Source of the DNA: Gammaproteobacteria bacterium
Lineage (GTDB): Bacteria; Pseudomonadota; Gammaproteobacteria; Magnimaribacterales; AG-339-G14
Length of the DNA: 64,000 nt
NCBI GenBank assembly: GCA_004213955.1
Contig: SGZL01000004.1
Location: forward strand, 4,235-68,234
Direction: 5' to 3'
In this document: piece by piece, positions 26,657-35,670 of the stretch
How the letters are laid out: each line of letters opens with the position of its first letter
How positions within the stretch are numbered: position 1 is the stretch's first letter
The notes under the pieces: model-generated
Seen by the model: the letters and a program-made list of their open reading frames with translations, nothing else
Databases searched by the model: none
What the model was told of the DNA's origin: nothing
Made by a program: the position numbers and the translations under genes

Positions 26657-27431
26657 ATCTGTCGTTGTCACTGGAGGAGCTAACGGCATAGGCAAAGCTC
26701 TAGCAAAAGCTTTTAAAAATGCAGGAGCATCGCATGTCTTAATTGCAGATCTTGATGAAAAAGAAGGCGAAAAGACAGCAAACGAGATCGGTATAAAATT
26801 TAAGAAAACTAATGTTGGCGTAGAAAGAGAAATTATTGATTTAATAAAAACTGCAAATGAAGATGCTGGAAGAATAGATATTTTTTGTTCAAACGCTGGG
26901 ATTGGAGGAGCTCCAATGCTCTTAGATGTTACGACTGAGGATTGGCAAAATATATGGGAAGTGAATGTGATGAGTCATATTCATGCTGCAAAGAATGTTT
27001 TACCGCAAATGCTTGAACAAGGGAGTGGTTACTTAGTGAATACTTCTTCTGCAGCTGGTCTTCTCACTCAAGTTGGGCTAGCTCCTTATTCCGTAACAAA
27101 AGCAGCAGCATTAAGTTTGGCGGAATGGATCAAAATTACCTACGGCAATAAAGGAATCGGCGTTTCATGTTTATGTCCACAAGCAGTTAATACTGCCATG
27201 ACTGCTAATGGTGCAGGTACAGCGGGTGTAGACGGGATGATCGAACCAGAAGAATGCGCGGCCGCTGTTTTAGAAGCTATAGAAAAAGAGCAATTTCTTA
27301 TTACTCCTCATGAAGAAGTTCTTGAATACATCAATAGAAAAGCAAATGATTACGATCGTTGGATTAGCGGAATGCAAAGACTGCAAGGAAAATTTGAAGA
27401 ATTCTATGGCGATCTTTTTAAAAAAGTTTGA
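26640..27431 (+). CDS. SDR family oxidoreductase
   Basis: 263 aa with VTGGANGIG, SNAGI and YSVTKAA. It overlaps the upstream gene by 17 nt. Confidence 0.85.
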   Translation: MEILNKSVVVTGGANGIGKALAKAFKNAGASHVLIADLDEKEGEKTANEIGIKFKKTNVGVEREIIDLIKTANEDAGRIDIFCSNAGIGGAPMLLDVTTEDWQNIWEVNVMSHIHAAKNVLPQMLEQGSGYLVNTSSAAGLLTQVGLAPYSVTKAAALSLAEWIKITYGNKGIGVSCLCPQAVNTAMTANGAGTAGVDGMIEPEECAAAVLEAIEKEQFLITPHEEVLEYINRKANDYDRWISGMQRLQGKFEEFYGDLFKKV

Positions 27432-27448
27432 CCTGCGCTTTATAACTT

Positions 27449-28177
27449 ATGAAAAATACTGAACCTTTTGTAATTTTTGGTTCTGATCATATTTTAGCGA
27501 TACTATCAATCTTAACTATTTCTCTTCTCGTTCCTTGGCTACTAAAAAATAAAACCAGAGATGATTTATATGTCTTTACTACTTCTTTAGCAATTGTGAT
27601 GATTGTTAACGAATTTGGAAAAGCTTTTTACTATCCATATCTCTATCCCGATCAGTATGAATTTTTTGAGATGCTTCCCTTTCATATGTGTCACCTCTCC
27701 TCTTTTACAATTGCTATCTTTTTACTAACCAATAAAAAAATATTTTTCAATTTAGCATTTTTTTGGGGAATCGGAGGATGCTCAATGGCCCTTACCCAAC
27801 CAGATGTTCCCTTTAAATTTCCTGACGCAAATTTTTTACTTTATTTTATTTCTCATGGGCTTCTTTTATTTGCAATCATGCTTTCAGCAATAACCTTTAA
27901 AAATAGACCAAATTTTGATGAACTTAAACAAGCTGTATTAATTACTGTTCCTGTAATAGTGACTGTGTATCTAATTAATCTCACAATTAATTTCTTTATT
28001 GAAAGCTCTCCCGCGAATTATTGGTATTTAATTAAATTTCCTGATGGTGCCAATTTAACTGCTTTTATGCCTGATCCTCCAGCGCATCTTCCAGTCTTCT
28101 TTGTATTAGGATTATTGGCTTTTGGCCTAATCTATCTACCATTTTTTATTTACGATAGATTTTTCACTAATAATTGA
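27449..28177 (+). CDS. Integral membrane protein, TIGR02206/YwaF (TMEM164-like) family (tentative)
   Basis: 242 aa with about 7 TM segments. LPFHMCHLSSF resembles the conserved LP(L/F)H(L/M)C motif I associate with this family. Confidence 0.45.
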   Translation: MKNTEPFVIFGSDHILAILSILTISLLVPWLLKNKTRDDLYVFTTSLAIVMIVNEFGKAFYYPYLYPDQYEFFEMLPFHMCHLSSFTIAIFLLTNKKIFFNLAFFWGIGGCSMALTQPDVPFKFPDANFLLYFISHGLLLFAIMLSAITFKNRPNFDELKQAVLITVPVIVTVYLINLTINFFIESSPANYWYLIKFPDGANLTAFMPDPPAHLPVFFVLGLLAFGLIYLPFFIYDRFFTNN

Positions 28178-28202
28178 TAAAAATAGAGGATTAAGGGGAA
28201 AT

Positions 28203-29969
28203 ATGAATAAATTAAAATGGAAAATCCTGGGAATCTATGAAGATCTTTACTATTACGTTCTAGGACTTCCAAGATTTCTTTTTGTTTGGAAGGATAATAA
28301 ACAACTTTCTCTTCTTAATTTTTTTGATAACAACGTAAAAAAATTTCCAAATGATATTGCCTTTATCTTTGAAGGCAAAGAAATTACTTGGAAAGAAGCA
28401 GATGAACAAATTAATAAATATGCAGGATTTTTAAAATCTCAAAATATTAATAAAGGAGATTGTTTTGCTATTCTCATGGATAACAGCCCAGATTTTTTAA
28501 TGTTGCTGCTTGCATCTTTTAGAATCGGCTCGTTGGCTGCTTTAATTAATACAACTGTTTCAGGCGATGGGCTTAAACACGTAATTAGTATTTCAGAAGT
28601 CAAATTAATTGCTACAGGTGCATCTCATTTTACTAAATTAAATTCTGCTTTAGCGGATAGTGATTTAATAAATATTCCTATTTTTGGTATTGAAGATAAT
28701 GAAAAAATACCAGATCAAATTGAAGATTTTAGGAAAGTATCAAATCAATTTTCAACCTTCGAGCCTTATCAACCGGTTATGAAAGATGTTGCCGCTTATA
28801 TCTTTACTTCTGGTACAACGGGACTTCCCAAAGCTGCTTTAGTGGATCATGCGAAGTTAGTTAAAGGATCCTTCGCAGGTCATTTTCTTTGTTTCAATTT
28901 TAAAAAGAATGACCGTTTATACATGACTCTCCCCTTGTATCATTCAACGGGCTTAATTCTTGGATGGGCAGCTAGTTTAAGAAGTGGCTGTTCCAATGTA
29001 ATAAAGGCAAAATTTTCTGCTTCTGATTTTTGGAGCGATGTAAAAAAATACAATGTAAATAAGTTTATTTATGTTGGTGAACTTTGTAGATATCTTATGA
29101 ACTTACCACTCTCCGAGAGTGACAAAGATAATCCTATTACTCAAATCTCAGGAAATGGGTTAAGACCAGATATTTGGGAGTCTTTTCAAAAAAGATTTAA
29201 TATTAATAAAATCGTTGAAATATATGGAGCCACAGAAGCTGTTGGTATGACGGTTAATACATTTGGAAGATCAGGAATGATTGGACGAAAAAGATCAGAC
29301 TCTACAATTATTCATTGTAAAAAAGATGACGGCTCTCCAATACTGAATGATCAAGGATTTTGTACTAAAGTATCTGAAGGTGAAACTGGGCTATACATTC
29401 AAAAAATTAGCTCATCTGCTAAATTCCAAGGCTATCTAGATTCTCAAGCTTCAAACAAAAAAATTCTTCAAAACGTTTTTAAAACGGGAGATCAGTATTT
29501 CAATACCGGTGATTTGATTACTCTTCATGATAACAATTGGCTATCTTTTGCTGATAGAGTTGGAGATACTTACAGATGGAAAAGTGAAAATGTTTCTACC
29601 ATGGAAGTCTCAGCAATATTAAATAAAGCAAGTGGAGTGCTAGATTGTAATGTGTATGGTGTTCAAGTGGATTCTGCTGAAGGTAAAGCTGGAATGGCAG
29701 CCATGAATGTATCTGAAGAATTTACTTTTATTAATTTTATTGAACACGTCAACAAAAATCTTAATACTTTTCAGAAGCCATATTTTTTAAGACTGACCAA
29801 AAATATGCAAACTACTGGAACTTTTAAACATCAAAAGGAAGATTTAAAAAAACAAGGATTTAATCCAAATCTTATTCAAGATAAGCTTTATTTTTTCCAA
29901 AAAGATAACTATGTTGAAATTGATCATGATTTATATAGTCGAATTCATTCGGGAGATGAAAGATTTTGA
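28203..29969 (+). CDS. Long/very-long-chain acyl-CoA synthetase, FATP (SLC27)-like
   Basis: 588 aa with IFTSGTTGLPKAAL and YRWKSENVSTMEV, close to the FATP signature (F/Y)RWKGENVST. N-terminal hydrophobic segment. Confidence 0.85.
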   Translation: MNKLKWKILGIYEDLYYYVLGLPRFLFVWKDNKQLSLLNFFDNNVKKFPNDIAFIFEGKEITWKEADEQINKYAGFLKSQNINKGDCFAILMDNSPDFLMLLLASFRIGSLAALINTTVSGDGLKHVISISEVKLIATGASHFTKLNSALADSDLINIPIFGIEDNEKIPDQIEDFRKVSNQFSTFEPYQPVMKDVAAYIFTSGTTGLPKAALVDHAKLVKGSFAGHFLCFNFKKNDRLYMTLPLYHSTGLILGWAASLRSGCSNVIKAKFSASDFWSDVKKYNVNKFIYVGELCRYLMNLPLSESDKDNPITQISGNGLRPDIWESFQKRFNINKIVEIYGATEAVGMTVNTFGRSGMIGRKRSDSTIIHCKKDDGSPILNDQGFCTKVSEGETGLYIQKISSSAKFQGYLDSQASNKKILQNVFKTGDQYFNTGDLITLHDNNWLSFADRVGDTYRWKSENVSTMEVSAILNKASGVLDCNVYGVQVDSAEGKAGMAAMNVSEEFTFINFIEHVNKNLNTFQKPYFLRLTKNMQTTGTFKHQKEDLKKQGFNPNLIQDKLYFFQKDNYVEIDHDLYSRIHSGDERF

Positions 29970-31318
29970 TAAAAAAAGCTATTAGAAATTTTCTTAACAG
30001 AAGAACTTTTACGTACAAAATGCGTAATAAAGCTATGAATTCTTTTTCAAGCTATGAAAATCTCAAAGCCTTAAGAGAGAAATCAGAATCTAATAGGCTA
30101 AAGGATAATAGAAATCATGAGGTTTTATATTTTCACAAAACTGATGACCCTTATTCTCATTTAACTATTCAATTTATCGATAAACTAAAGGAAGAATACT
30201 CTATAGACCTAGTTCCTGTCTTAGTAGGTGGAGAAAATCCAGAAGCGTTACACGAACCAGATTTATACGAAAAACATTGCCTTGAAGATGTCAAAAGAAT
30301 TTCACCATATTATGGCATAGAATTTAATGGAGTCTCTTATCCTGAAACTCCTTTAGTAAATAAAGCAAATTCTATTCTCGCGTCAACTGAACCAAATAAT
30401 TTCATTGAAATAGCTAAGAAAGTAAGTTTGCATTTATGGGCAAATGATGAAGAGGAGCTCTCTAAGCTTCAACGTCAATTTAATGCTCCTATGAATAAAG
30501 TTAAAGAAGTTTTATCAAAAGGAAATAAAATTAGGAATGATTGTAATTATTACTTTGGATCGGCTTTTTATTATGAAAAAGAATTATACTGGGGAGTTGA
30601 TCGATTAAATTATCTAGAGGAAAGACTTACTGAACTTGGAGCTAAAAAGACGTCCTCAAATGAATCCATTGCCCCTTTATCTATTAAAGCTCCTGAAAAA
30701 TTAAATTCAGATAAGTTGTTAAATTTAACTTATTACCCTTCCTTGAATAGTCCATATACTTTCATCAGTGCAAAACGTGTAAAACAATTAAAGAAAGATT
30801 ACCCAATAAATCTGATAACGCGACCAGTCTTACCTATGCTAATGCGCATGATGGCTATCCCAGCCTATAAGGCAAAATATTTTCTTTCTGATGCAGCAAG
30901 AGAAGGTAGAAAATATGACCATGAGATAAAAGAAATTTTCTCACCTATAGGTAAACCAGCAAGAAAGGCATATTCTCTTTTTCCTGAAATAGACAAACAC
31001 TCAAAAGGTTTTGAATACATAGATGCGTTGCTTAAAGCTTCATTTCAAGATGGAGTAAATATTGGTGAGGATTCTTTTTTAGAAAATTTAGTAACTGAAA
31101 TAGGTCTTAGTTGGAATGAAATTAAAACACATTTAAATACTACAAATTGGAAAAAGGTACTCGATGATAATGTTAAGGATATGTACCAAGGTAATTGTTG
31201 GGGTGTGCCTAGTTTTAAAATAACAAACGCCGATGGAAGCGATCCCTATTATATTTGGGGACAAGATAGAATGTGGCTCCTAAAAGAAGAGATTTTCAAA
31301 AGAATTGAAAACACTTAA
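29966..31318 (+). CDS. Tandem DsbA-like / 2-hydroxychromene-2-carboxylate isomerase (kappa-GST-like) domain protein
   Basis: 450 aa with two thioredoxin-fold-like halves (YFHKTDDPYSHL... and TYYPSLNSPYTFIS...) and a C-terminal CWGVPSF, as in the HCCA isomerase family. The track start is TTG overlapping the upstream stop, so the start is uncertain. Confidence 0.6.
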   Translation: MIKKAIRNFLNRRTFTYKMRNKAMNSFSSYENLKALREKSESNRLKDNRNHEVLYFHKTDDPYSHLTIQFIDKLKEEYSIDLVPVLVGGENPEALHEPDLYEKHCLEDVKRISPYYGIEFNGVSYPETPLVNKANSILASTEPNNFIEIAKKVSLHLWANDEEELSKLQRQFNAPMNKVKEVLSKGNKIRNDCNYYFGSAFYYEKELYWGVDRLNYLEERLTELGAKKTSSNESIAPLSIKAPEKLNSDKLLNLTYYPSLNSPYTFISAKRVKQLKKDYPINLITRPVLPMLMRMMAIPAYKAKYFLSDAAREGRKYDHEIKEIFSPIGKPARKAYSLFPEIDKHSKGFEYIDALLKASFQDGVNIGEDSFLENLVTEIGLSWNEIKTHLNTTNWKKVLDDNVKDMYQGNCWGVPSFKITNADGSDPYYIWGQDRMWLLKEEIFKRIENT

Positions 31319-31340
31319 ATCTATTTATTAGATTTATTTT
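31316..31340 (+). terminator. Weak AT-rich hairpin + T-run (possible intrinsic terminator)
   Basis: TAAATCTA-TTTAT-TAGATTTA is a perfect 8-bp inverted repeat starting at the stop codon of the DsbA-like gene, followed by TTTT. The stem contains only one G:C pair, so stability is low. Confidence 0.3.
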
Positions 31341-31396
31341 ATGAATTAATAAAAGATTTGTAACTCTAAGTAACTAATGGATTATTTAATTTCTTT

Positions 31397-31525
31397 ATGA
31401 ACGAAATAAAAAAAAAGAGGAGAAATCCGGTAGCAAAGAATTCAAGAAAATTTAATAAGTCTGCTGTATTCACTGATAAGACTAAATATAATAGAAAAGT
31501 AAAACCATCAAAAGAAAATGAGTAA
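31397..31525 (+). CDS. Candidate 42-aa highly basic peptide (remote ArfA-like resemblance, speculative)
   Basis: Not in the track. MNEIKKKRRNPVAKNSRKFNKSAVFTDKTKYNRKVKPSKENE*. Its stop (31523-31525) overlaps the ATG of the next gene (31518). No SD. Confidence 0.3.
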   Translation: MNEIKKKRRNPVAKNSRKFNKSAVFTDKTKYNRKVKPSKENE

Positions 31526-32486
31526 AGTTTATCTAAATATCCTTGATATGATTGGGAATACTCCTCTATTGAAAATAAATAATATTGACACCGGTTTATG
31601 CGAATTGTTTGTAAAACTTGAAAATTTAAATCCTGGAGGCTCGATTAAAGACCGTGTAGGTTTACAAATGATAGAGGATGCCGAAAAAAAGGGAATGTTA
31701 AAAAAGGGAGGCACTATAGTTGAATGTACTGCTGGAAATACAGGTCTTGGTTTGGCTTTAGCAGCAAAATTAAAGGGCTATAAATTAATTTTAGTAATTC
31801 CTGACAAAATGAGTCAGGAAAAAATAATGCATTTAGAAGCTATGAATGTCGACATAGTTTTCACAAGATCAGATGTAGAAAAGGGTCATCCAGAACATTA
31901 TCAAGACTTAGCAGCAAAAATAGTTTCAGAGACACCTGGATCATTTTTTTCCGATCAATTTAATAATCCTTCAAATCCATACATTCATGAAACTACAACC
32001 GGTCCAGAGATTTGGGAACAAATGAATGGAGACATAGATGCCTTTGTAGCTGGCGTTGGAACTGGCGGCACTATAAGTGGTGTAGGAAAATTTCTTAAAT
32101 CAAAAAACTCTGAATTAAAGCTTGTGGTTGCAGATCCAGAAGGTTCAGTAGTTGCAGATGCTGTAAATAAAGGGTCTTTTAAGTATGAAAATGGATCTTG
32201 GCTGGTTGAGGGAATTGGCGAAGATCATATTCCTGGAAATTTAAATTTAGATATTATTGATGAGGGAATTTATGTTTCGGATAAAAAAGCCTTTGAAATG
32301 TTAAATAAACTTTTACAAGAAGAAGGTATTTTGGCTGGCACTTCCTGTGGGACATTACTAGAAGCTGCAGTAGAATGGTGCAAACTCCAGAAAGAACCAA
32401 AAAAAGTTGTAACTCTTATTTGTGATACTGGAAATAAATATCTATCAAAGGCATACAATAAGGATTGGGTTAAAGAAAATTTATAA
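31518..32486 (+). CDS. PLP-dependent cystathionine beta-synthase / cysteine synthase family protein (CBS-like, no CBS-pair tail)
   Basis: 322 aa with GGSIKDR (PLP Lys), TAGNTG, GVGTGGT, and IPDKMSQEK, which looks closer to CBS/MccA than to CysK. Confidence 0.85.
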   Translation: MSKVYLNILDMIGNTPLLKINNIDTGLCELFVKLENLNPGGSIKDRVGLQMIEDAEKKGMLKKGGTIVECTAGNTGLGLALAAKLKGYKLILVIPDKMSQEKIMHLEAMNVDIVFTRSDVEKGHPEHYQDLAAKIVSETPGSFFSDQFNNPSNPYIHETTTGPEIWEQMNGDIDAFVAGVGTGGTISGVGKFLKSKNSELKLVVADPEGSVVADAVNKGSFKYENGSWLVEGIGEDHIPGNLNLDIIDEGIYVSDKKAFEMLNKLLQEEGILAGTSCGTLLEAAVEWCKLQKEPKKVVTLICDTGNKYLSKAYNKDWVKENL

Positions 32487-32488
32487 TT

Positions 32489-33652
32489 ATGACCAATAAA
32501 AAAGATCTTAATTTTGAAACAAAGGTTATCCATGCTGGACAGAAATCTGATCCTACTACTGGAGCGGTAATGACCCCTATCGTTTTAGCTTCTACTTATG
32601 AGCAATCAAGTCCTGGAATTCATAAAGGTTACGACTATTCAAGATCTATAAACCCAACTAGAGAAGCTTTCGAAAATTGCATTGCGAGCTTAGAAAATGG
32701 CATTAAAGGGTATGGATTTTCTTCTGGAGTTGCTGCTATTTCAGCTTGCGTAGAACTTTTATCGCCTGGTGATCATATTATTGCTATGGATGATTTATAT
32801 GGGGGCTCAGTTAGATTATTTAATGAAATCAAAAGTATTTCACAGGGCATAGAGGTTACATACGTAGATATGACTGATATTGATAACGTAAAAAATAGTT
32901 TAAAAGAATCTACCAAAATGATCTTTGTGGAAACTCCTACTAATCCTCTATTAAAGATTGCAGATCTCTCAAAAATAGCAAAATTAGCGAAAACGAATAA
33001 GATCCTTACGGTTTGTGACAATACCTTTGCTTCACCTTATAACCAACAACCTCTAAATCATGGAATTGATATAGTCATTCATTCAGCGACTAAATATTTA
33101 GGGGGACATTCTGATCTTATTGCTGGAGCAATGATTATTGGAAAAAAGGATAAAAAATTGATCAATAGAATGTCTAATATTCATAATTCCTTAGGGCCTA
33201 TTACAAGCGCTTTTGATAGCTATCTTCTGTTGAGAAGTTTGAAAACTCTTGTTGTAAGAATGGAAAGACATAACGAAAACGCCATGAAAATTGCCAATTT
33301 CTTGGAAAAACGAAGAGATATAAAAAAAGTAATCTATCCTGGCTTAAAAACTCATCCTCAACATAAACTTGCCTCAAAACAAATGCATGGTTTTGGAGGA
33401 ATAGTCTCGTTTGAAATAAAAGGAAAACTTAATAAAGCTAAATCCTTTTTAAAGAAAACAAAGATTTTTACTCTGGCAGAAAGTCTTGGAGGTGTTGAAA
33501 GTCTTATAGAACATCCTGGATTAATGACGCATGCATCTTTGTCTAGAGAAAGGAGAGAAAAATTGGGAATATCTGATACTTTAATAAGATTGTCTATCGG
33601 ATTGGAAAATATTGAAGATCTTAAAGAAGATATAAGCCAAGCTTTAAAATAA
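32489..33652 (+). CDS. Cystathionine gamma-lyase / gamma-synthase family (Cys/Met metabolism PLP enzyme)
   Basis: 387 aa with the SATKYLGGHSD PLP-Lys motif, YSRSINPT and LAESLGGVESL. Confidence 0.85.
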   Translation: MTNKKDLNFETKVIHAGQKSDPTTGAVMTPIVLASTYEQSSPGIHKGYDYSRSINPTREAFENCIASLENGIKGYGFSSGVAAISACVELLSPGDHIIAMDDLYGGSVRLFNEIKSISQGIEVTYVDMTDIDNVKNSLKESTKMIFVETPTNPLLKIADLSKIAKLAKTNKILTVCDNTFASPYNQQPLNHGIDIVIHSATKYLGGHSDLIAGAMIIGKKDKKLINRMSNIHNSLGPITSAFDSYLLLRSLKTLVVRMERHNENAMKIANFLEKRRDIKKVIYPGLKTHPQHKLASKQMHGFGGIVSFEIKGKLNKAKSFLKKTKIFTLAESLGGVESLIEHPGLMTHASLSRERREKLGISDTLIRLSIGLENIEDLKEDISQALK

Positions 33653-33673
33653 AAAAATTTTCTTTAAAATTAT

Positions 33674-34411
33674 TTAAAAAATTTCTAAGAGTTTTATTTT
33701 ATAAATTACATTAAGCCAAATACGTTTAAGCTTTCTATTTAATTTTTCCCTGAAACTTATTAGGCTTCTTCTATTTCCGAAAGAATCAATAATACTTTCA
33801 AATTTATCGTTAGTATCTACTGGATACGGTCTGAGACCATTGATTTTTAATCCTTCAAACTTAAACCATTGTTTATCTACATCAACTGGCCTGCCAAAAG
33901 TATTAGATAAATTTAAAAGCTTTTTTGCACCCTCTTTCGTTATTAGTTCTGCAACACATAAAGTTGGAGGTTTAAGATAACGTTGCAAGTTATATTTTTG
34001 AAATTTTTCAATATTTACCCCCTTCCTTGGTGACAAAGAGAGATCAGCCAGTTTAAGAATATCCCATTTAGTTTTTATGATATCTAAATTATCTAGAATT
34101 GATTTAAGATTATCTTTTAAAAAAGCATCGTCTTCTAATACTAATCCAAAGTCAGTTTCATCAGCTAAAATCTCTTCCCAAGCATTTCTGTGCGCGATAT
34201 AACAGCCAATTTCACCATCAGTAAGCGGAACGAAGTAATTAAACTTATTTTTCTTCTTTGAATAATGTTTGTTTTTAAGCTGTTCCTCTTCTAATACATT
34301 TATTCCAGGAATTCTTTTAAAAGATAAATTTTGTTCTTCTAATTGGTCTGAAATGGATTTAAATCTATCGCTAGATGACGACATATTGATTACATAAATC
34401 TGATATGTCAT
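33674..34411 (-). CDS. Glycosyltransferase family 25 (LOS/LPS biosynthesis type)
   Basis: 245 aa with an N-terminus IYVINMSSSSDRF...IPGI, GEIGCYIAHRNAW and VLEDDA, typical of GT25. Confidence 0.7.
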   Translation of the reverse strand: MTYQIYVINMSSSSDRFKSISDQLEEQNLSFKRIPGINVLEEEQLKNKHYSKKKNKFNYFVPLTDGEIGCYIAHRNAWEEILADETDFGLVLEDDAFLKDNLKSILDNLDIIKTKWDILKLADLSLSPRKGVNIEKFQKYNLQRYLKPPTLCVAELITKEGAKKLLNLSNTFGRPVDVDKQWFKFEGLKINGLRPYPVDTNDKFESIIDSFGNRRSLISFREKLNRKLKRIWLNVIYKIKLLEIF

Positions 34412-34423
34412 TTAAAAAAGTTT

Positions 34424-34810
34424 TTAAATATCGAAATTGAAAAAGGTTAATTTATTTCCATCAAGATCGTAAACATAAGCTCCATAAAAGGCTCCTGCAC
34501 GTTGACCAGGTTCGCCGTCATCTTTTGCTCCCAGAGAAATAGCTTTCGCATACATCTCATCAACAGCTTCTTTAGTCTCTAGTGCTATACCCTTCATACT
34601 TCCGTTGCCACAAGTAGCTTCTTCGCCGTTATAAGGAACTGCTATTGCTAAGATTATTGAATTATCCTCGGAGGATCTCCACATGGTGATTCTATCGTTT
34701 GCAGGAAACTTTTTTGCATTGATCAAACCTAATAGCTCGTCATAGAAATTTTCTGCAGCCTCTTTATTATTGGTGCCTATTGTTGAATAGTGTTTTAGTT
34801 GTGTTGCCAT
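34424..34810 (-). CDS. VOC (glyoxalase/bleomycin-resistance fold) family protein
   Basis: 128 aa with FYDELLGL... and ...AYVYDLDGNKL, typical beta-alpha-beta-beta-beta module ends. Confidence 0.65.
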   Translation of the reverse strand: MATQLKHYSTIGTNNKEAAENFYDELLGLINAKKFPANDRITMWRSSEDNSIILAIAVPYNGEEATCGNGSMKGIALETKEAVDEMYAKAISLGAKDDGEPGQRAGAFYGAYVYDLDGNKLTFFNFDI

Positions 34811-35667
34811 TATTTAAATATTACGGTTTTGTTATTGTTTAGGAAAACTCTTTGTTCTGAGTGATATTGTACCGCTTTTGCAAGAGTAATTGATTCAATA
34901 TCTCTGCCGATTATCTCCATATCTTCTGGGGATTTTGTATGATCTATCCGATCAACAGTTTGTTCAATTATTGGGCCTTCATCTAATTCACCAGTAACGT
35001 AATGAGCTGTGGCACCAAGAATTTTTACACCTTTTGAATAAGCTTGATGATAAGGTTTGGCTCCTTTAAAACTTGGCAAAAAAGAATGATGAATATTAAT
35101 AATTTTACCGTAATATTTTTCACAAAAATCATTGGAAAGAATTTGCATGTATCTAGCCAATATTATTAGATCGACATCATCCTCATTAAGAATTTTTAAT
35201 ATTTTTTCTTCCGCCTCATCTTTATTTTCTTTTGATACTTCAACATAGTGAAAAGGAATGCCATAGTCGGAGACAATTTTTTCCAAGTCTGGATGATTTG
35301 AAATTACAGACTTTAGATCTAGCTTAAGTCCGCTAACACTTTGTCGATAGAGTAGATCTTGCAAACAATGACTGTATTTAGAAACAAATATAGAGGTCTT
35401 TGGGTTTAATATGGCATCTTCAAAAGACCATTCCATAGAAATTTCTTCTGCAAGATTTTTAAAATTATTATTAAAATTTGATTTATCTATATTTTTTCCA
35501 GGAGAAATTACTTTAATCCTCATAAAGAATTTTTGAGTTTCAGGATCTCCATAATGAGCAGACTCTTTTATAAAAAGATTATGTTCATTTAAAAAATTAG
35601 AGACTTTTGCTACCAGTCCTAAAGTATCGGGACAAACGCCTCTAAGAATATATTCTTCATTAATCAT
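34810..35667 (-). CDS. purU: Formyltetrahydrofolate deformylase
   Basis: 285 aa with an N-terminal ACT-like domain (CPDTLGLVAKVSNFL) plus a formyltransferase domain (LILARYMQILS, IINIHHSFLPSFKGA, ATAHYV). Confidence 0.85.
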   Translation of the reverse strand: MINEEYILRGVCPDTLGLVAKVSNFLNEHNLFIKESAHYGDPETQKFFMRIKVISPGKNIDKSNFNNNFKNLAEEISMEWSFEDAILNPKTSIFVSKYSHCLQDLLYRQSVSGLKLDLKSVISNHPDLEKIVSDYGIPFHYVEVSKENKDEAEEKILKILNEDDVDLIILARYMQILSNDFCEKYYGKIINIHHSFLPSFKGAKPYHQAYSKGVKILGATAHYVTGELDEGPIIEQTVDRIDHTKSPEDMEIIGRDIESITLAKAVQYHSEQRVFLNNNKTVIFK

Positions 35668-35670
35668 TAA

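Noticed and set aside
31319-31517. Possible SAM/other riboswitch in the 199-nt spacer upstream of the CBS-like/CGL genes.
   Set aside because: I could not find conserved G/C-rich stems or pseudoknot elements of SAM-II/SAM-V or other sulfur-metabolism riboswitches. The spacer is better explained by a weak terminator hairpin plus the 42-codon basic ORF. A covariance-model scan would be needed to exclude a riboswitch formally.
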